This document shows positions 21,478 to 31,209 of a DNA stretch of 64,000 nt, one piece after another (within the stretch, counting starts at the first letter, position 1; every line of letters starts with the position of its first letter). The position numbers and the translations under genes are program-made. The DNA comes from an uncultured delta proteobacterium (lineage in GTDB: Bacteria > Desulfobacterota > Binatia > UBA9968): contig CAVYTU010000014.1 of assembly GCA_963771465.1 (NCBI GenBank), positions 960,001 through 1,024,000 of the forward strand, given 5' to 3'. The notes under the pieces are model-generated. The model was given only the letters and a program-made list of their open reading frames with translations, did not search any database and had not been told where the DNA came from.

Positions 21478-21753
21478 GCTGTCCTGGCAGGGGTATCCAC
21501 TGGCTTGTCCAATCCCAGTAACCTTGAGTTGCGTGCGATAGTTTCGAGGACCAGTGTGATTACCGTTTCCGTGTTGTCCCTCCTCGACGGTGGCGATGGC
21601 TGAATTCTGTATTTCAATTAACGGCGCGCATAGGAAAATTAAGCGACCCTTTTTCTCCGACGGGAGCTATATCGCCGCACCTGTGAGGAGTCAATCGCAC
21701 GACTGTTTGGTGAAATCGCTTTTTGCGTCCGGTTCGGGCGATGCAGAAAGCTT

Positions 21754-21778
21754 GGGGTCAAATTTTAGCTATGATATT
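21754..21778 (+). repeat. GGGGTCA-N11-TGAT junction motif
   Basis: ggggtcaaattttagctatgatatt, upstream of the NRPS cluster. Confidence 0.4.
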
Positions 21779-21834
21779 CGAAAATGTAGGCACGTCTCGC
21801 CAACTGCGTGTGTCTGCGAAAACTCGATAGTTGC

Positions 21835-22479
21835 CTAGGTCGTCTTAGCAAACCGTTCATTCAATTCTTTCTCGTAGGCGAGCAGCTTCTTGACGCTCGC
21901 GCGCTCCTGCATGCGGTTGAAATGTGCGACGACGTTCGGGAAGGCTGAAAGGTCTACCTCCAACTGTGTGGCGCGGCGGCAACACCAAAAAAAATGCGCG
22001 TCCGGGGCGGTGAAGTGGTCGAAGAAGTACTCTCGCCCGGCCAGCAAATCGTCGGCGATCCGAAAGTTCTCGAACAAAAATTCCGTGGCAATCTTGATGA
22101 CGCTGTCGGACACGCCCGCTGCGTCGCAGACTTTGGCCGGGTTGTTGATCCGGCTCAGATAGGGATGGATGCCGCTGGCACACCAGGCATGCAGCGAGAT
22201 CGCCTGCAACTCGTCCCACGGATCGGCGGGCAGGATCTTCGCGTTGGGGAAAGTTCGATGGACCCAATTATGAATGGCGACGTTCTCGGTCAATATCTTG
22301 CCGTCGACGACGAGCGCAGGCACTTTGTGCTTCGGGTTTATTTTTAGATATTCGGGCGAGAAATTCTGCCGCTTGCGGAAATTGAGCGGCCGGACCGCGA
22401 AATCTGCGCCCGCCTCGGTCAGCGTGACATAGGGCGCGAGCGCGCAGGTGTTGGGGGCATAGTAAAGAGCGATTTCCAT
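21835..22479 (-). CDS. Glutathione S-transferase family protein (beta-class-like)
   Basis: LYYAPNTCA, INPKHKVPAL, LTENVAI and FTAPDA motifs; RBS AGGAG. Confidence 0.92.
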   Translation of the reverse strand: MEIALYYAPNTCALAPYVTLTEAGADFAVRPLNFRKRQNFSPEYLKINPKHKVPALVVDGKILTENVAIHNWVHRTFPNAKILPADPWDELQAISLHAWCASGIHPYLSRINNPAKVCDAAGVSDSVIKIATEFLFENFRIADDLLAGREYFFDHFTAPDAHFFWCCRRATQLEVDLSAFPNVVAHFNRMQERASVKKLLAYEKELNERFAKTT

Positions 22480-22539
22480 TTACGTCTCCTGATTAGTTTG
22501 CTTGATCCTTGGCAAATCTAGTACCAGCGTATGGTAAGC

Positions 22540-22694
22540 GCAACGTGACCAGCATCTTCTCCGCCTGCGGTCCGCCGTTCTTCGGCCTGCTCTTCGATTA
22601 CACCCGAAGCTACTACCTGTCCTTCAGCATCTTCATCGCCATGCTGTTCATCTCCGCCGTGCTCAGTTTGTGCCTGCGGCCGCCGACAAAATGA
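22540..22694 (+). pseudogene. MFS transporter C-terminal remnant
   Basis: GPPFFGLLFDYTRSY...F.....LRPP is the last two TM helices of an MFS; upstream part missing. Confidence 0.6.
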
Positions 22695-22923
22695 CCTGAC
22701 CTGCGCGCGAAAGTTGAAGTAGCGGAAATAGGAGCGGAGCCGAGCCGAGCCTGGTTCGTTTGCCGACATCGTTAAGTGTCCGCGACGGGCGCTATGGTTT
22801 AGGCGAAAAGTATTGAGGCAATCCCCAAATCGGTTGAGTCAAGAAGCTATCAGTGGTTGAGTGGAAACAATCGTCGAAGCGATGGGCTTTGCCAAAGCCA
22901 AATAAATTGCTGCTGAGCTTAGA

Positions 22924-24030
22924 TTGAAAGGATCAAATCACGTGCACGCCCCTAGTCGTTGGCAAAAGTTGTTCGCCGCTTTGCTGCTGGCTTTTTTGTC
23001 TGCTCAAGTTAACGCTCAGGAGCCGACGTTGAACCGGCTCATTTCAGCCGCCAAGCAGGAAGGCAAGCTTGTCCTCTCAGGTCCTGCCGACCCGCTTCTC
23101 CGCAAAGGTCTGCCGGAGAAATTCAAAGACCGCTTTGGCATCGTCGTCGAGTATATCGGCGCTTCCAGCAATGACGCCATCGGACGACTGCGCCAGGAGC
23201 GCCAGGCCGGCCTTTACACGATCGACATGATGCTTGTGGGACCGACCGCTCTTGTCGGCGTCTATTCGGAAAAAATGCTCGATCCGTTACGCCCGCTCCT
23301 GCTCGATGAGGTTCTCGATGGGCGCCATTGGAAAGGTGGCAAGCCACGCTTCAGCGATCCGGAAGCAAAATATAGTCTCCGACTGGCCGAGCGCGTGACG
23401 GCGCTCTTTATGATCAATAAGTCTGTCGTCAAGCGCGAAGAGTTTCGCTCCATTCATGACTTGACCAACCCGCGCTGGAAGGGAAAAATTGTTGCGGAGG
23501 ATCCGACTCGGGGCAGCGCCGGAACCGGACTTCCCATGGTTCTTTATGCGTCTTTGGGAGAGGAGTTTCTCAAGAAGCTCTACATCGATAATGAAGTGAT
23601 CTTGAGCAGCGACCGGCGTCAAATGGCTGATTGGCTTGCCCGCGGCACCTATCCGATTTCCATGGGAGTGCGCGAAGAAGATTTGCAGCGCCTCCAGGCC
23701 GAGGGTTTTTCCCTTGAGATTATCAACTCACTCGCCGACTTTCCCGGCTACCTAGCGGTAGGCGCAGGTCATCTGGTTGTGGTCAATCGAGCGCCTCATC
23801 CCAATGCCGCGCGATTGTTCGCCAACTGGCTCGCGTCCAAGGAGGGACTGCAGCTTTATTCGCGTCTGATGGGCGAGCCCTCGATGCGCGCCGACGTCGA
23901 TGAGTCTCACATACCGCAATACATGATCCCCAAGCCCGGCGTGAATTATATCGATAGCGCTAGTTGGGAATACGCTCTCAAGCGGCAGGCGGTTTCGCAG
24001 CGATTGCGGGAACTGCTGAAAAGGAAATAA
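22924..24030 (+). CDS. Extracellular solute-binding protein (Fe3+/thiamine-like)
   Basis: Signal peptide; AAKQEGKL, DLTNPRWKGKI and APHPNAARLFANWLASKEG motifs. Confidence 0.88.
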   Translation: MKGSNHVHAPSRWQKLFAALLLAFLSAQVNAQEPTLNRLISAAKQEGKLVLSGPADPLLRKGLPEKFKDRFGIVVEYIGASSNDAIGRLRQERQAGLYTIDMMLVGPTALVGVYSEKMLDPLRPLLLDEVLDGRHWKGGKPRFSDPEAKYSLRLAERVTALFMINKSVVKREEFRSIHDLTNPRWKGKIVAEDPTRGSAGTGLPMVLYASLGEEFLKKLYIDNEVILSSDRRQMADWLARGTYPISMGVREEDLQRLQAEGFSLEIINSLADFPGYLAVGAGHLVVVNRAPHPNAARLFANWLASKEGLQLYSRLMGEPSMRADVDESHIPQYMIPKPGVNYIDSASWEYALKRQAVSQRLRELLKRK

Positions 24031-24111
24031 ACGGGCGAGTCGTAAGCCGAGTTGACTTAGGCAAGTCCAAGGGCGGCCGCTTCGGTAACTCGCAGTGAAA
24101 GGAACTCTAAC

Positions 24112-24996
24112 ATGACAACGATAAAAGAGATCGTGCAGATTGGTGTCGGTATGCCGGAGCGCGAAACATTCGCGCATTTTTCCCACGACATGCTTGGTCT
24201 GCCGACCACCACCTCGCCGGACGGAGCCGTGACGTATATGCGAGTCGATCGCTATGGACACCGCCTGGCCGCGCGTACGGCTGCCGAGCCGGTGCTTAAT
24301 TACATTGGTTTTGATGTCGGCGGGCCTGACGCACTCGCCGAGTGGAAAACCACGCTCGCGGTCAAAGACATCGATTGGCACCCAGGCAGCAAGGAGGAAT
24401 GTCTCGAGCGGCAGGTGGCTGACTTTATCGAGTTCAAGGATCCCGATGGTCATGCTCTGGCGTTATCGTATGGCTTCGAAATCGACAAAGAGCCCGTGCG
24501 TTACACTCGCGAACTCAACGTCGTTGGCTTGGGCCATGTGCTGCTCACGGTCCAAGATACTCAGCGGTCACACGACTTTTACACCGGTGTGTTGGGCTTC
24601 CGCTTGAGCGACTGGGTATGCATCGACGACCATATTCGTTTGTGCTTCCTGCGTTGCAACGCGCGCCATCACAGCATCGCGTTCGCGCCGTGTATGCCGG
24701 GTAAGTCTCCCCGGCTGCAACACGTGATGCTCGAAGTTGAATCACTCGATGACGTCATGCGCTCCTATCACTTCCTACGGACCCACGGAGCGCCCATTGG
24801 CATGGGACCAGGCCGCCACCCCAATTGTCAGACCATACACGTTTACGTGCAAACGCCGGGAGGATTTGCCGTGGAGTTTGGCTGGGGCCACCGACGTCTC
24901 GATGACGCCACTCACCAACCGATCATCTATCCCAGCGGCACTCCCGTCGACGTCTGGGGCGGCGACATCCAAAGTACGGAATTCGAGCTTGGTTAA
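24112..24996 (+). CDS. Extradiol ring-cleavage dioxygenase (VOC, BphC/HsaC-like)
   Basis: Metal ligands GLGHVLL, LQHVMLEV and FAVEFGWG; FLRCNARHHSIA and GRHPN. Confidence 0.9.
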   Translation: MTTIKEIVQIGVGMPERETFAHFSHDMLGLPTTTSPDGAVTYMRVDRYGHRLAARTAAEPVLNYIGFDVGGPDALAEWKTTLAVKDIDWHPGSKEECLERQVADFIEFKDPDGHALALSYGFEIDKEPVRYTRELNVVGLGHVLLTVQDTQRSHDFYTGVLGFRLSDWVCIDDHIRLCFLRCNARHHSIAFAPCMPGKSPRLQHVMLEVESLDDVMRSYHFLRTHGAPIGMGPGRHPNCQTIHVYVQTPGGFAVEFGWGHRRLDDATHQPIIYPSGTPVDVWGGDIQSTEFELG

Positions 24997-25018
24997 CTTA
25001 AACTCGCAAACTCCGCTC

Positions 25019-25309
25019 CTACGCAAACGCCGATTCGGCCTCGCGCACTTCCATCTTCGCAACGTTGCTTCCAAGTTTGACTCCGGCGGCCGCGACTGCG
25101 GCTTGGAACTCTTTGCTCTTCGCTTCGAGCTCCGCCTTGTCTTTGTAGGTCCTGACCCAAATAAATTCGTTTTGTGGCCGATTCACCCACGTGCCAACGA
25201 TGGGTACGCCGATCTTTTGGTGCAGCACCATGATGTCTTCTTTGAAGTGCTTCAGAAAATTATCCATCTCCCCCTTATTGATGGTGTAAATACGTATCTG
25301 CGATATCAT
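25019..25309 (-). CDS. NIPSNAP family protein
   Basis: MISQIRIYTI..G.M..F...F and G.W.....NEFIW.R.Y; RBS GGAGG. Confidence 0.75.
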   Translation of the reverse strand: MISQIRIYTINKGEMDNFLKHFKEDIMVLHQKIGVPIVGTWVNRPQNEFIWVRTYKDKAELEAKSKEFQAAVAAAGVKLGSNVAKMEVREAESAFA

Positions 25310-25527
25310 TATATTTCCCCCTCCCATTTGCTAACCTTTTCCATTGCTCGGACGACACACCATGAAAGCTATCCGAGTACGTCGCCAACAGTCAAACAAA
25401 TCGCGCCGTTCGCTAACAGAGTTTTTTTGTATTCGCGCAAAAGGTCCTGCGGGAAAGTGCGGATCGACTGGAGCCGAGGACGCCAATCCGATTTGCACCC
25501 TAGATCGAAACCCGATAGTGAAGCGGA

Positions 25528-25758
25528 ATGACGAATATTCCAAATGGCATGTTGGCCGAGGCAAGACAGATCTGGAAAGCGATCAAGTCGCTGCGTAGAA
25601 AACATGTTATCGATGGCCTGATTCGCCGTGGTATCGCTCCAGATAGAATCGAACAGACGATCAGGGATGCCGAAGTGGCCGCAAACGTGATTAGCACCAA
25701 GGCAAGGTCGCGTATCGCGCACCGAAAACGCGCAAAGCTTAGATTGGTGAAGTCATAA
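25528..25758 (+). CDS. Small basic hypothetical protein (76 aa)
   Basis: Plausible ORF ending in LRLVK; no family recognised. Confidence 0.5.
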   Translation: MTNIPNGMLAEARQIWKAIKSLRRKHVIDGLIRRGIAPDRIEQTIRDAEVAANVISTKARSRIAHRKRAKLRLVKS

Positions 25759-25842
25759 TCGTAGACCGCACGAAGTAATTGTCTTTTAGAAATATTTGCC
25801 CGGAGGGATTGCCCTCAGTCGAAGCTGCGGTAAACTTAACTC

Positions 25843-26082
25843 ATGCTAAGACCTCATGGCTATTACTGGGTTAAGTTTCCCACCGATCCACAGCTTCAAA
25901 TCGTCTTGATCCAAGAGGACGGCAACGTGTGGGTGTTCGGCCAGAATGAACCTCAACACGTCGCCGAGGACGAGCCCGGGTCGGTGAAAGGTCAGTCGTT
26001 CGAAGTAGTGGCTGGGCCTCTTGTCCCGCCGGAAATTCCGAAACTGCAAACCCCGGACGCGCATGCATTAGGACGCACTTAA
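25843..26082 (+). CDS. Small hypothetical protein (79 aa, GYYWVK...VVAGPL.PP), probably leaderless
   Basis: TTGCCC-N16-TAAACT-N6-ATG upstream. Confidence 0.55.
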   Translation: MLRPHGYYWVKFPTDPQLQIVLIQEDGNVWVFGQNEPQHVAEDEPGSVKGQSFEVVAGPLVPPEIPKLQTPDAHALGRT

Positions 26083-26496
26083 ATCTCGCTGACTATTTAC
26101 AAGTTGACCTTCTTGAGAGCTGTCACGTCATCTGACGTTGCGCCTCTGCGGGCAGCGCGTCCATGTCGTCCAAGAAGAGTTACCGTTCCATCGTCAACCT
26201 GCGAGCATTCATCAATCCCTCGCTGCGCCATTCTCCATCGCGTTTAGTCACTACTGTCAGTTGCATTGAATTTCGCGACGATCGAGTGTTTCGATAGCGC
26301 GAGAAGCGTAGGACGTTATTGCATCAGATTTTTGAATCTCCTCATGGTGAAACGCTCATATCGATCTTACTTGTGCCGTCGATTCTTCCGTTGAGATTGT
26401 CAGTGCGATAATGTGACGCGATGGATTGGCGAGTCGCGCAGGTGCCGTGTCGCATCATCGCGCTGTGTACGGCTTTGACGTAGGGAACTTTCGATA

Positions 26497-27804
26497 GTGA
26501 ATGTACGGAGCGAAGAGCGGCTATCTGCACTGGCCATGACCTTGTATCGCGGCTCGGCGGTTTTCTTGGCCATCTATGGTTTCGGCTCCACTATCAGCTT
26601 TGGCGTTCATCTGCTTATGGCTCGGCTGCTGGGTGCCAAAAGCTACGGCTATTTCGTCTACGCGACTAGCTGGATGGCCATCCTACTGCTCGGTTGCAAC
26701 ATCGGTCTCAAACCCACGGTCGTCAGATTCGTCGCGGCGTACAACGCGCGCGGCGAGTGGGGTTCGCTTCGGGGTCTGCTGCGCTGCTCGACAGCATGGA
26801 CAATCGCCGCCTCCGCTGTGGTCACAACTTTGTCGGCAATCGCGCTTTGGCTTTTGCGACCCCGTTTTGACGAACTCGGCACGACGCTCGCACTGATGGC
26901 GTTGGCGATGCCGTTCATGGCGCTCGCGGACGTCTGGAGTTCGGCTGTGCGCGGGCTGGGAGCGGTCGCACGTTCCCAGTATCCGGCTTCGATTGTCCAG
27001 CACGTTTTGGTCGGCACTACACTGGTCGTCATTGTCTTTGTCGTTGGCGAAAATGGCGGGGCTGTCTCTGCGGCCGCAGCGTTTCTTTTCGCAACCATCG
27101 GCGCGATGACGGTGGCGCAGATTTTTCTGCGGCTCGAACTGCCCCGGCAAGTGCGGACATCGCCGCCCAGTTACTTTCGCGCCGAGTGGCTCCACGTCGC
27201 CGGCAGCAATTTGTTGATCTCGTTATTCCAAGCCGTTCGCGCCCCGCTCATTGTCGTCATTTCCGGCGCGTACCTCGACGTGCAACAGATTGCTTACTAT
27301 GTCGCCGCGCATCGGCTCGCCAATGTGATGTCCTTGGGGCTGCTTGGAATTTCGGGATTCGTCTCGCCGCAGATTTCGCAATACTTCGCGCTGGCCGATT
27401 TCTCCAAGCTGCAACGCCTCGCCCATCTGGCGGCGCGCGGCGCGTTTGCCGGGGCGTTGGCAACGGCGCTGGTCCTGGTCGGTTTCGGGTACGAACTTCT
27501 CGAACTCTTCGGCTCAGGGTTCACGACGGCTTACACGCCGCTCCTGGTTCTGCTTTGCGGTGAATTGTTCGCCGCGGCGGCAGGGCCGGTGGGCTTTTTC
27601 ATGACCATGACGAATCGACAGATGAGCGCCACCCGAATCGAGGCCGCCACCAGCGCGATTGCGCTCGGCCTCGCGCTTGTTCTCATTCCTCGTTATGGAA
27701 TTCTCGGCGCCGCCATCGTCGTCGCCGCGGGCAGCGCGGTGCGAAATATTTCCATGTTCGTCGCCGTTTGGCGGCAATTGGGACTGCGTTCGACAATCTT
27801 TTAA
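26497..27804 (+). CDS. Oligosaccharide flippase (Wzx/MOP family polysaccharide biosynthesis protein)
   Basis: LMARLLGAKSYG, about 12-14 TM segments, YYVAAHRL, LIPRYGILGAA; true start may be the ATG near 26536. Confidence 0.88.
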   Translation: MNVRSEERLSALAMTLYRGSAVFLAIYGFGSTISFGVHLLMARLLGAKSYGYFVYATSWMAILLLGCNIGLKPTVVRFVAAYNARGEWGSLRGLLRCSTAWTIAASAVVTTLSAIALWLLRPRFDELGTTLALMALAMPFMALADVWSSAVRGLGAVARSQYPASIVQHVLVGTTLVVIVFVVGENGGAVSAAAAFLFATIGAMTVAQIFLRLELPRQVRTSPPSYFRAEWLHVAGSNLLISLFQAVRAPLIVVISGAYLDVQQIAYYVAAHRLANVMSLGLLGISGFVSPQISQYFALADFSKLQRLAHLAARGAFAGALATALVLVGFGYELLELFGSGFTTAYTPLLVLLCGELFAAAAGPVGFFMTMTNRQMSATRIEAATSAIALGLALVLIPRYGILGAAIVVAAGSAVRNISMFVAVWRQLGLRSTIF

Positions 27805-27818
27805 CAGCGCGCTGGCAC

Positions 27819-30060
27819 ATGCGGATCAAACACTTTCTCGAAATCGGGTTTCTTAGCCGCGCTGCCGGCGGCTGTGCGGGTGGCGCGCCGGCAAGCCGGC
27901 TCAGTCTTTGGTTCGGCCTTGTGCTGGTTATTTTGTGCGCCGTCTATGCGAGCCACTCGCGCTTGGCCCAACTTTCCGCTTGGCACAGCGACCCCGAGCA
28001 GTATATCGCCGCCGGCGTGCCGATGATGACGACTCTGGACGCCTATTACTCCTTGAGGCTTGCGCGTTTGCACGCCGCGGGAAAATTTATTCCTTGGGGT
28101 CCGGTGCCGGCGCGCCACTATTCCCGGCCGGAGCTGGGAGATTCGAGCGAATGGTACGACCAACGCGAGCCCAAAGTTCTGCCGCTGCTCAGCCGCGTGC
28201 TGGCGCACGCGGCAACTTTCTTTGACGGCGATATCGATAAGACCGCCTTGGTGCTCTCGCCGCTGCTTGCGAGCCTCTTCATGGTGCCGCTCTTCTGGTA
28301 CTGCTGGCGTATCGGCGTCCCCGCTGCCGGACTGATGGGCGGGCTGGTCGCAACTTTTTGCCTTGAGTATTACCGGCGCACGGGCGTCGGCTGGATCGAC
28401 ACCGATTGCCTGAATTTGTTTTTTCCTTGGACGGTTTCATGCCTCATTCTAGCGATGCGCGGCGAGCTGCGCCGGCAAACTTTGTTGCTGTTGTCAGCCG
28501 CGGCCGGAGCCGTGCTCTACATATTTTTTTTGTGGTACGGCAAACCGGGTCTTACCCTCGCTTACCTCGGCGCTCTGGTCATCCATCTCAGCCTCGCCGG
28601 CGTATCATGGCGCCGCATCTTGCTCTGCGCGCTGACGTTGATCGTCTTCGCCAACCCCATGCAGCTGGGCAGCGCCCTGGGCAATCTGCAAGACTTCGCC
28701 CATCACTACCTCTGGCCATCGGCGGCAACCACAACGGACACGGCCTCGGCCGTCCGCTTCCCGCAAGTCTGGTCAACCATCAGTGAAGCGAGATCGCTGC
28801 CCTGGTCCGATACGCTGAAGCTCATTGCGCCGCGCGCCGACGTGGCCGTAATCGGGTTGAGCGCATTCGCACTTTTCGCACTGTGGCGCTGGCGCGCGAT
28901 ACCAGCGCTGAGCCCCATCCTGATGTTAGGGGCGCTGGCCTTGCTGTCGTCGCGCCGCTTCATTCCATATCTCGCGCCGTTCGTCGGAATCGGCTGGGGC
29001 GTCATCATTTCTTTGGTCACGAGGGCGCTGTTCGACCGGCTTGGCGGAAGTTCGGACGAACCAGCCACGGCGCCGCAGACTCCTCGGTCTGCGGCTTGGC
29101 TCCGCGCGGCACGTTCCTTATCGAGCACGCCAATGTTTCAAACCGGCGTCGCGTATGTTGCGGTCATCGCTGTCTTCTTTGTCTGGTTCGCGCCGACGTC
29201 AGACAAACAAACCGCGCCGCGTCCGGCGATCCCGGCGCAAGTTTTTCGCAATCTGCAAATCCTCGCAAAGCAGTTGCCCGCTGATTCTCGAATGTGGACT
29301 TGGTGGGACAACGGTTTCGCCATTCTCGACGCGACCGGCTTCGGGGTTTATCACGACGGCTCAGCGCAGTACACGCCGCAGACCAATCTGATTGCGGCAA
29401 GCTTCGTGGATTCCAATCCCCGCGTGATGCACGAAATGATCGTTTTCGTCGACCGCCAAGGCAATCAAGGCATTCGCCGATTGGCGGCATCGGCCAGCAA
29501 TTTTAACGACCTGCTCCTGCGCGCGCGCAGCGTTTCGCCGCCGCCGCTGGATGTGCCGGTTTACGTTTTATACACGCCCGACATGCTGCTCAAATATTCG
29601 GCCATGCGATTTCTCGGCGGCGCGGATCAAACCTGCCGGATCGCAGCGCGGGTCGGTTGGGATTCGCTGGTTGTCATGTGAACAGCTCGTTGACGACAAG
29701 GTGTATTGCGCCGGAGAAATTTTCGATCTTCGCACCGGATTGATCGAACGACAGCGCGGACCTTCGGGACTAACGGCGAAACCGGTAAGCTTGCGCCGGT
29801 CAGTGATGGTCGAAGGCGGACGCAGCGTGCGCCAGCGTGACTACCCCTATAACCTGGACAACGCGCAACTGACGATAGAAATTATTTCGGTTTCGGGGAA
29901 AGTGGCAGGCATCTATCTGCTCGATGAGCCGGCATTCGAATCAAACCTCAACCAGATGTTCATGCTGGGTCGATTCGACGGCGAGCTTTTCGAGGAGGTT
30001 TATAACGATTTCCCTTACGCGCGCGCTTTCCGCGTGCGCGCCGGCCCGCAACCCCAATGA
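27819..30060 (+). CDS. pglB: STT3/PglB-family N-oligosaccharyltransferase (one frameshift near 29630)
   Basis: TTLDAYY, RT..G..DTD, TISE, RRF, WWDNG, HDG and SNLNQMFMLGRFD..LFE motifs; C-terminus continues in ORF 29551-30060. Confidence 0.82.
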
Positions 30061-30113
30061 GTCGGTCGAGATTCCGAGCGAACGAGTGAGCGAGATCAGA
30101 TCACTAGCTTAGT

Positions 30114-30938
30114 TTATGGGCGACGTCGCCGCGATAGCGCAATACCGCCGAGACCGGCGGCGAGAAGATAGAGGCTCAACGGCTCGGGAACCGGTGTCGT
30201 GAAGGGATCGTAAGTATATTCCACTTTGACATTGCCGGCCCAGTTGTGGGTAAGGGTGCCGTCGAAGGTCGAGTTATCGGCAAACCCATTAGGGTTGGTC
30301 TCGTTATCCGGGTCAACTCGCGGAGCCAGAGCGCTCGAAAGTGTAGCGGTCAGGTTGAATGTGCCGGAGCCGCTAAAAGAAGCCAGCATCGCGCGCCAGA
30401 CTAGCAGTGCCATTGAAGACGTTGTTATTGCTCTATTTGGGAACCACTATCACACATGTCATCATCGTCGGGTGGGGCGTTGACGACGCAGTGGCACTGA
30501 ATGGCTGCGATGGCAGCGTCGACAGCAGAGCCGAAATTAAACGCTGCCAGTCAGCTTATGACCAAAGGGGCTTGTCGTCTCGGCGAAAAAAGTGACGTTC
30601 ATCTCGGACTAGTGGTCTCGTGCGCTCACAGTGACAGTGACATCGTAGTCTGACGTGAGCGTGATGGTTACTCCGGTAAGGGTTCCCAGCGCGGTATTGA
30701 AATGATTGAATCTAAGTGTCGTCGAGAATAGTCGTTGAATTCATGACGCGGTGGATCGTTGGTGGTGCGTGACATTGGCCATTCCTCACCAGTAGTGACT
30801 TGGAATGTGACTTGCGCGGTAGTCAGAGATTGAACGATTCAGTTTCGTGTAATGGTGAGCCGCATTCGCCACGGCCCATTGCACTAAAATCGCAAACACG
30901 CCCGCCAACAAACCTAAGCAAAAAAATCTTGCTTTCAT
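30114..30938 (-). pseudogene. PEP-CTERM sorting domain protein (choice-of-anchor E-like), fragmented
   Basis: Signal peptide MKARFFCLGLL at 30938; FNHFNTALGTLTGVTITL fragment; C-terminal VPEPLSLYLLAAGLGGIALSRRRRP; several frame breaks. Confidence 0.78.
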
Positions 30939-31209
30939 GCTATGTTCCTTTTTCTCACCGCTATTTTCCAAGTCACCGAAGCCTCTGCCTTTATCATGAC
31001 TACTATTGATGAGCAACACTACACAGTTGATTTAGTTGCCGGTGGCGACCGGGCAGATTTATTCGACTCAAGATTTAACCGAAGCGAAACCTAGTTTTCA
31101 CTTAACACTCGTGCTCTTGACGAATCTCCGGTTCGTGAATATAGCTCCGGTCAGCGAAACAGCAGTGTTTAGATTTTCCCTACAGATACATGCCGCTAGG
31201 GAGGTTGTC

